A stretch of DNA of 64,000 nt from Amphiscolops sp. MND2022 (Eukaryota): contig OZ076409.1 of NCBI GenBank assembly GCA_964187785.1, forward strand, positions 7,318,001 through 7,382,000. Direction: 5' to 3'. The position numbers were made by a program, and so were the translations under genes. How positions within the stretch are numbered: the first letter of the stretch is position 1; each line of letters begins with the position of its first letter. Positions 55,784 to 64,000 of the stretch are shown in pieces. The notes below the pieces were generated by a model. That model did no database searches. It was not told the origin of the DNA and saw only the letters and a list, made by a program, of their open reading frames with translations.

Positions 55784-57758
55784 TATAGTTGTTGGTCTTG
55801 CACTTTTTCTTGACAAAATCTTAATTTCATTCATACCAATATTTTAAGATACAACTTTTCCTTTCTATGTTAACAAGTATAGTACTGCCTCTTTTTGGGC
55901 TCCTTAGTATTTACCACACCTTTTCTACACTTATTCAATATATACAAAACCCATTTCTTCTTTTCCTAAGTACAGCACTTACAATCTTCTTACAAGTTGT
56001 ATTCGTAGACCAAATCTTACCATATAATTCACAATTCAATACAAAAGATCTTCTTTTCCAATACATCTATCCTTTTTGGCAATCTTATTATACTAACTAA
56101 ATTTTACACCATATAATGCTTCCTACTCCATTTACATTAAATACAGAAAAAAGACAAAATCGAACTCTCATACAAGATGTAACACCTTTCCTAAACAACA
56201 TCATCTTTCAGTACACAAACCCACTTCCATTTGAAACAGAACCCCATACAGTAAATACTATTTAATTGGCACGAGAACATTGTGACTCTTATCTTTATTA
56301 CATTCGATATAAAACACTTGAAATAACATCATCCCAAACTTCTTTTCAAATTATTTTTATTTCAGTTAAAGGCATAAATCCTGGAACATTTTATAGAACC
56401 ATCCATCCACAAAATATTACACTTTCTATACAAGATGTTTTCCACACATACATGCAAAAAGCTATTGAATTCAATGAAAACCAAGATACACCACTTTATC
56501 GTCCTTCTCACCTAGAAGAACTAAAACACAGATCTGAACATTTCGAAGTCCCTGATCTTGACACAAGAGTTCAAAGACATGATAACCCTCATTACTGGCT
56601 ACAACGAGTTATATTACAAATAAAAAAGTTTCAATACAGACTCTTTAACAAAAATTTTTCTAACAGATGACACGATACCTCAAATCAAAATTTTTACTCA
56701 TTTTCTATTAAAGTTTTTCCGATTCAACTATCAATTACTTTGGGAACAAAAAGATCAACAAGCTTACATTAACTTTCCTCAAATACTAACACAAACAAAA
56801 CTTTTACCATACATCATAAAAAAATGAAAAAAAAACATCTACTGTACAGAGATCTTACATCATTTAATGTTACACATTTTGAACAAATTAATTTAGACCA
56901 CAACTTTTTAGTTGAACATTCTGAAACATCAGATAATCGACGTTTTACTACATCCCATACTTCTCATGAAACAACTCCCGAAGAACAAACCTCCAATGTT
57001 GACCTTTTCTATATTAGACAACATTCAGAACAATCAAAACAAAAAGACTTTACTAACCTTCTTCAAATTCCAGACCCTCATCAAGAACACCCGCTATATC
57101 CATCATTACCAAAAGCTTTAGATATACAACAAACAAATCCTTCTGGAACTGCTACAACTCAAAATACATCAGAATTCTCTGAAGAAACTGTACAAATACA
57201 CAAAGTTTTACAATAACTGACGACTCCAATCGTATACAATTTCCTACCCACAATAACACACAAAACGAATTTAACAACCAAAACCAAGACAACACCTTAA
57301 CTACACATCAAGACAATATCTCCGTTTTATCTACATCACATACTAATATTACACAACCATCTCAGACACAAGTATCACCTCGTCAAAATTATGACCCACC
57401 TCCTCTTCCATCTCAATTCTCAACCCAAGTTCACAATCAAAATTCTCCTCAACCAAGCTCTTCAAATACACAACATACTGCACAAAATACTAATACAGTA
57501 CATTTTCAAACACCAACCCCACAATCACCTTCTGAAATACAAACTTCAACCTATAGCCCAGCTCAACCAAACACAGTATACAATACACAACCTACTTTAA
57601 ATATCAACACCATTCATTCCAATCCATCCTTCAATTACACCACTGCCAGACATTTTTCTAGACCTCCATTGCAAACTATATTAACTAATCCATTGTCGTA
57701 CAATCTTACAAGTACTAATCCAAGTCATACACAACAATCTCACACAAATAACAACAGA

Positions 57759-57972
57759 CATTAGAGTGCACAGGCAAGCCTTATTGCTCAAAGCGCAACT
57801 TTGTGCTTTCAATATCTCGGATTCCACGACCATACCTTTAACCGTGCAAAATTGGCAAATTACGTCATAAATCCCGGATTCCACAAACAAGCATTCCACG
57901 GACAAGCAGCGGAATTTTCGTGTCCCGGATTCCACGACAAGCAGCAAAATAGCTTGCCTATGCACTGTAACG
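57759..57972. mobile_element. 214-bp MITE inserted in the third Gypsy element
   Basis: Imperfect TIRs cattagagtgcacaggcaagc / gcttgcctatgcactgtaacg; GA on both flanks; internal ggattccac repeats; composition differs from the G-poor host. Confidence 0.75.
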
Positions 57973-58182
57973 GACCCAATTCGTTAAATACTCTCTCTTC
58001 TCAACACACGTCCAATACAATCACACCTACATTACAAACTTCCTAATTCCACAAAAAATCCTCCTTCAACAACAATTAGAACCAGCCCTCACTTTCACAA
58101 CACCTCTACCACTTCCTCAACTAATATTTCAAACAACCCTACATACAATACAGCACCACCATCTACCATATCTCATTATACT

Positions 58183-61100
58183 ATGTCACACCCAACATAT
58201 ATTAATTCCTCTACTTCTATATCAGAACCCATTAAACCTTTCGATGGACTAGATCATAATTATAGACCTGAAGAATTCTTACAACATATTGAGGCACCTG
58301 TTACATTTTCTTTTGGTTTACAACCTACATCAGAACATGAATATAAATTTTGGCACGCTCGTCGCATGGCTTCCATACAATGCTCTTTAACAGGTACAGC
58401 ACTCAGTTGGTACATTCGTTTAAATGACACCTACAAGCACGATTGGCACGCTTTTGTACAAGCTTTCAAAAAACAATTCTCCTCACAGAAAAACGCTTAT
58501 TATGCTCAAGTTGAAGCCCTTAATCTAACTAAGAAAGATAATGAAACAGTACGTCACTTTGCACTCAAAGTTCAACCGCTGGTTGAAAAAGGCTGGTGTA
58601 ATGAGAAAGCATCCACTATTAACCTTAAATTTAATGAAATTTTTACGAAAGGACTCCCAAACAAACCTTGAAGACTTTGCGAATAAAAGACAAGTAAAAC
58701 ATACTTCTACTGTTTTAGAAACTTCAATTCCTTTTCATACACTAGTAAAACGTGTTGACGCTGAAGATATTGCAAATGACAAAATCAGAACGCATGACCT
58801 TGCACTTGAAATTAACAATATTACAAAACAATTGAACACTCAAACTCTTGACCCTTCAACTCAAGAACAACTTATGTTTACACAACCCAAAGATCCAAAT
58901 AACAAAAACAAACCTGCATATAAAAAATATTGCTCATACTGTCATAGAACAAACCATTCTAAATCTGCTTGTTTCAAAAAACAACGAGATGATGAAGACA
59001 AAGGAGATGCATATGCTCGATCAAAATCTCCACAAACATATTTTGTACAATACTTCCGTTCTCCTTCCAATGATAGAACAAAACATTATGATAATCGATA
59101 CCGAAGCCGAAGTACCTCACGAGACAACTCCTACAACAAAAACTATTCACAAAATCGATACCGTTCTACATCTATAGATAGATTTAGTTATGACAAAAAA
59201 GTACTACTCCTCCACACTACTCTAGATCACGATATGATACGTACAAACGTGATTACCGGTCTTACCGTTCTCCATACAGATCCTCCTACAGATCTCCTTA
59301 TCGACACAGCTCTCGCCCTAGATACATATCACGCTCCTATTCCAGAGATAACAAATTTACAAAATATACAAATTCATATAGACCACCTTCAAGACCAAGA
59401 GACTCTAGATTTTCTAGATCTTCTTCACACTCCAACTCCAGAAACAAAATTAATATGGTACAACAACAAGACCAATATGATCCTATAAACTTTGAAGTAC
59501 ACATGTATCACCCAACAGCAATGGCGAAGGCTGTAACACCTACAATTTGGTTTTATACACTATATGTTCATACACCATCAAGTATAGCACGAAGAGATAA
59601 CCCATCTAGATTGGAAAGTGCATTCCTTCTAGATAGCGGTGCTTCCATTTCTGTATTAAATTACCCAACATACATAACTCTTACAAAACTCTTAGATATC
59701 AGACCAAATCATACTTCTGATGATGGACCAACTCGGAATTAAAAAATATTAACCGTTGCAAATCAAACTTAAGTTCCTGTTTTACATTATGCCAATATAA
59801 TTTTGAACACCACCAATGATGAAAATTCTCGTTACTTCTCAGTACCTTTCGCAGTAGCTAATATCAAATACAACATTCTTGACACACCCTTCTTTGAAGA
59901 TAATATACAAAACATGAACATACAAGACTTTACACTCGAATTCAAATACCAATCAAAAACACACCCAAATTATGCAAAGTTCACATCACTTCTATCTAAA
60001 GACTACCCAATTTCTCTTATATTTATAGAATTAACTCGAAAACTCAAATCCGCCTAAAACCCAAATCTTCAAAAATTGCACACTTTCCAATAAAAAATAA
60101 TCATACCCTTCATTTTACAACTACAACACAAAATCATTTCTTCCCTTCAGTACCTCATACCTATTTTGCTACTAAATTTCGTACAAATTTCAATTTCATT
60201 GAAGTCTTCACAGATGACAAACCAGATATTTGTGCAACTATCATCCAGAACACCTCAAAACATGTTGCAACACTACCTACAGGACATATTGGATATATCG
60301 AAGTTCCAATAACAAATGAAAAGCCCAAACTCTTTCAAGTTAACGATATTAACACTTTGATACATAATGTTACTCATACCTACCATCCTGAAATCACTGA
60401 ACCAGTTCCACAAACTAACTATCTTGTACGCTACGACAATCCTACAACTCCTCCTCCTCAATTTTCATTACACCAAATATATATGACACATGATGACATT
60501 CCACATCAAACTTCTCCTTTATATAACGTTCAGCCTACTTCTCATACTTCTGAAAAACGCATTTTTCCTTCCCTACCATACACCTCTGAAAATCTGAAAT
60601 TTATCAATATATTTAATTTCCAATTTTCTGACTTTACAGACACTGAATACATTACACTTTGCAATATGTTACTCAAGTACAAAACATGTTATGCAACTCA
60701 TAAAAACGATTTTGGAAAAATTTCAACGCCCTTCCGTATTAGACGTAAACCTGATGCTCAACTTATGACACAACGACCTTCTAAAGTCCCTATTCACTAC
60801 CGAGACAAACTTAATGTACTCCTCAAAGAACTAGAAAAATATAACATTATAAAGCAAATTGGTTCCTCTCCACAAGACAAACCAGTCTATGGCACAACGT
60901 ATTTAAACCCTCTCATTATAATCCCCAAGAGAGACACTATAAAATGTGTATTAGATGCTCGACATCTTAATTCCATTACAGAACAATCCGATGAATCTTG
61001 GTCTATTGAACCTCTTGCTCCACAATTAGCACGCGCAAATAAAAAGTACAAATCTACAATTGACCTTATGTATGCATATGCACATACACCTCTTGATGAA

Positions 61101-64000
61101 GACACTATTAAACTTACCAGTTTCTCCTCAAGAGATAAACTCTTCGCTTTCATCCGAGGCTTCTATGGTCTCAAAGGACTTCCAAACTTTTTTACAAAAC
61201 AAATGTCTACCTTCTTCAAAACTCTTATAGAACAAGGTTTTGCCCTTGTCTACATTGATGATATATTACTTTTATCTGACTCTAAAGAACACATGTTTCA
61301 ACTTTTCGAACAACTACACATTATTAGTACAAAAAACAATCTTAAACTAGCCCCTGAAAAATCTTTTTTCATGCTTCTTAAAGTCAAATTTCTTGGACAT
61401 GAAATTGGTTACAATATAATTAAACCAATCGATTCAAATTGCAGCTATCCATAAAATTCTTTCTCCAACTGGCAAAGTTGCCCTAATGAGTTTCATTGGC
61501 GCACTCAACTTTTACCCCAAATTTATTGAAAAACTACATATTAACCTTAAACCATTTTACGCTCTTTTACATGAGAACACTCCTTGGAAATGGACAGATG
61601 AACACGAAAGTCTTTTTCAAAAACTTAAAATGTCTCTCACTTCTGAAACAGAACTTAAAATACCAAATACAAAACATCCATTTTTCATTACAGTTGACGC
61701 TTCACTTATTGGATTAGGCGCTGTCTTATTCCAATTAAATGAACAGAACAAAATGAAAGTTATATCTTACAACTCTCGTTACTCAACCCACAAGAACAAA
61801 AACTCTCAACACTTGACAGAGAACTTCTTGGTATAGTACATGCTGTCTAAATCTATGAATTTCTTATAATTGGTTCTCCCCATCCAATACATATTTTTAC
61901 TGATCACAAACCCTTATTACATTGTTTTACAAAGAAAGGTAACCTTAGTCCTCGTTTTTACAGAGCTCAAATGCAATTAACAAAACTTTCAAAACTCAAA
62001 ATAATTCACACTCCTGGGAAAAATATCTCTGTTGCCGATATGTTAGGTCGCTCTTTTACAAAAGCTGAATTACAACTCAATCAATTAAAACACAAACATT
62101 TTCCACCACAAATTGATTTTGCACTGTTACAAAATGGCACTTTTAAACCTATACATCACTTAATTAAACATGAAGAAATCCTACCTCACCAAAAACATGA
62201 CTCTCACCCAATTCTCGCTCATTATGGTAGAGATCAATTCTCTATACGTATCAATGACAAAGGAAATGACATTATTGTCAAGCCTTTACAATCCTTTTCA
62301 TTTAAATCTATAACTCCTTTTCAAACAAAGTTCAAGACACCTATAAAAAAGAACAATGAAACTCTTCATCGACAATCTCTTTTACTCAATGATACTGATA
62401 TTACAAGCGATGACGAAGATCATATATATACCAGAATTCCAAAATCTGACTCTTCTTTCTTACATGACTCAACATTACAAACAAAAAACTATTCTACTCT
62501 CAACAAAGCAACCCCTAAAACCTCACAAATATCCGTCTCTGCATTAAATGTACAAACAAATTTACCATCTCTCACACATTGTCCACAGATTTTACCTATC
62601 TATGATACATCATTTTTCAAGTACAAAAACTATTTTCAAGGTTTCTTCCTCCCAGATGACTACTCATTAGAGATAACAACACTTCAACAACAACAATCCC
62701 AAGACCCGGTTCTCAGAACAGTTTATTTTTGGATTGTTAAAAATGAAAAACCTGAAACTCTAACACCCCTTATCACTGGCGCTCCTTTTCTACATGCTTA
62801 CTACAAACGGTTTTCACAACTTTTTATAGATGATTCCACAAATCTTATTAGCCTCTTTAATAAACACCCTCCTACTCAAAACCAATCTTCTACTCCAGAT
62901 TTTGTACACGCTACTATTCGAATATGTCTTCCTTTCAGACTATTCAAAACTGTTTTCGACAAAGTTCATGAACACTCTCATACAGGTATCAAGATCACAT
63001 ATAATACATTCGCACAATATTACTACATTTCATTTGTCGAAAAATGGCTTTCCATTTTTATACAAGACTGTGTTGAATGTCAACGCAATAAACACTTTAC
63101 CATGAAAATTCAAACTGCTCCTACACAATCATTTTCAGAACATGCTCCATCTTTCAACTATCGCATTTCAATGAACACTAAAAGACCTATTAATCCTCCT
63201 TCACACAACAAATTCTATATACATGTCATAATTGACGCTTTTATTCACTTTGTCGTTACAGTACCCATCAAATCAAACAATGCAAAAACTGCAATCAAAA
63301 CTCTCCTACACCATTGGATTATTAAATTTGGACCACCCATATATCTTGTTACTGATCGTGGATCAGAATATGTAAACAAAGAAATGGCACACCTTTGTAC
63401 ACTTATGGGAATTCGTCGTTCTCCTAGAACGGCTTACTCTCCTTGGACAAATGGCCTTGTCGAAGTACAAAACAAAAATCTTGGTACACATCTACGAAAG
63501 TTCTTACATGACACACCTAAAGATTGGGCATTCCAAGTCCATATGTACGCTTATGCACATAGTTCACAACCACTTTCGGAACTCAATATTTCTCCTCATG
63601 AAATTGTTTTTCACACAAGAACCAGAATACCCCTTACTTTCGATTTAAATCTTAATAGAGACACCTCTAAAACATGTATTTCACGCTATTGCTTCCAACT
63701 TCCAGAACACTCACATTATGACAAATCAGATCTCAACCCATTTTTTCATAGAACACTTTCAAAACCCATTCCACAATGGTTTCTTGCCGTAGAAACTGCT
63801 ATGTTACAAATTTATTCTACAGTATATGAAAACACTTTACGAAAAATCAATTCACACGCAAACATTACAAAAACTTACCATGAAAGTAAACCACTTCCTG
63901 TTGGCACCTTTGTTTTAAAACGAAATTTCACACATGTACATTTTTCTGGCAAACTAAAACTGGCAAACTATTCCACAACCTACCAAAAATGCAAACAGTG
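58183..64000 (+). pseudogene. Fragmented gag-pol of the third Gypsy element
   Basis: ORF fragments 58183-58671, 58541-59488, 59455-59742, 60357-61454, 61486-61836 and later pieces with canonical motifs. Confidence 0.88.

Larger units (their letters stand above)
54628..64000 (+). mobile_element. Decayed Ty3/Gypsy retrotransposon continuing past the window end
   Basis: Gag (PIKPFDG, LTGTALSWY, CSYCHRTNHSKSAC), protease LLDSGAS, RT YIDD, RNase H VDAS, integrase core near 62950-63600; many frameshifts and stops; assembly gap in the leader. Confidence 0.9.

Noticed and set aside
55502..55834. ORFs spanning the N run
   Set aside because: Artefacts of the assembly gap.

Overview
Eukaryotic (probably invertebrate animal) genomic DNA made mostly of transposable elements, with a 200-N assembly gap at 55584-55783. 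(1) A decayed Ty3/Gypsy gag-pol remnant occupies 1-5703. (2) A young 13.6-kb Ty3/Gypsy LTR element lies at 9544-23180, with 1544-bp TG..CA LTRs and a GGACC TSD. It carries an antisense, four-intron gene for a ~1190-aa protein resembling a catalytically dead hAT transposase, plus a nef-like ORF running through the PPT into the LTR. Its PBS is a 45-nt copy of a tRNA-Leu 3' half with a substitution exactly at m1A58, fused in frame to the protease C-terminus, so the Gag core and protease active site are missing. (3) A Helentron (Helitron2) at ~26434-40754 encodes a Rep/helicase/AP-endonuclease protein with an N-terminal AMSH-like JAMM/MPN deubiquitinase domain and has a 3376-bp internal tandem duplication. 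(4) Many non-autonomous Helentron derivatives (HINEs), several MITEs and two tRNA-derived SINEs are scattered through the window. (5) A third, decayed G-poor Gypsy element runs from ~54628 to the window end. (6) Scattered minus-strand exons may belong to a host gene whose introns hold these elements. All family assignments come from motif recognition by eye; no database searches were run.
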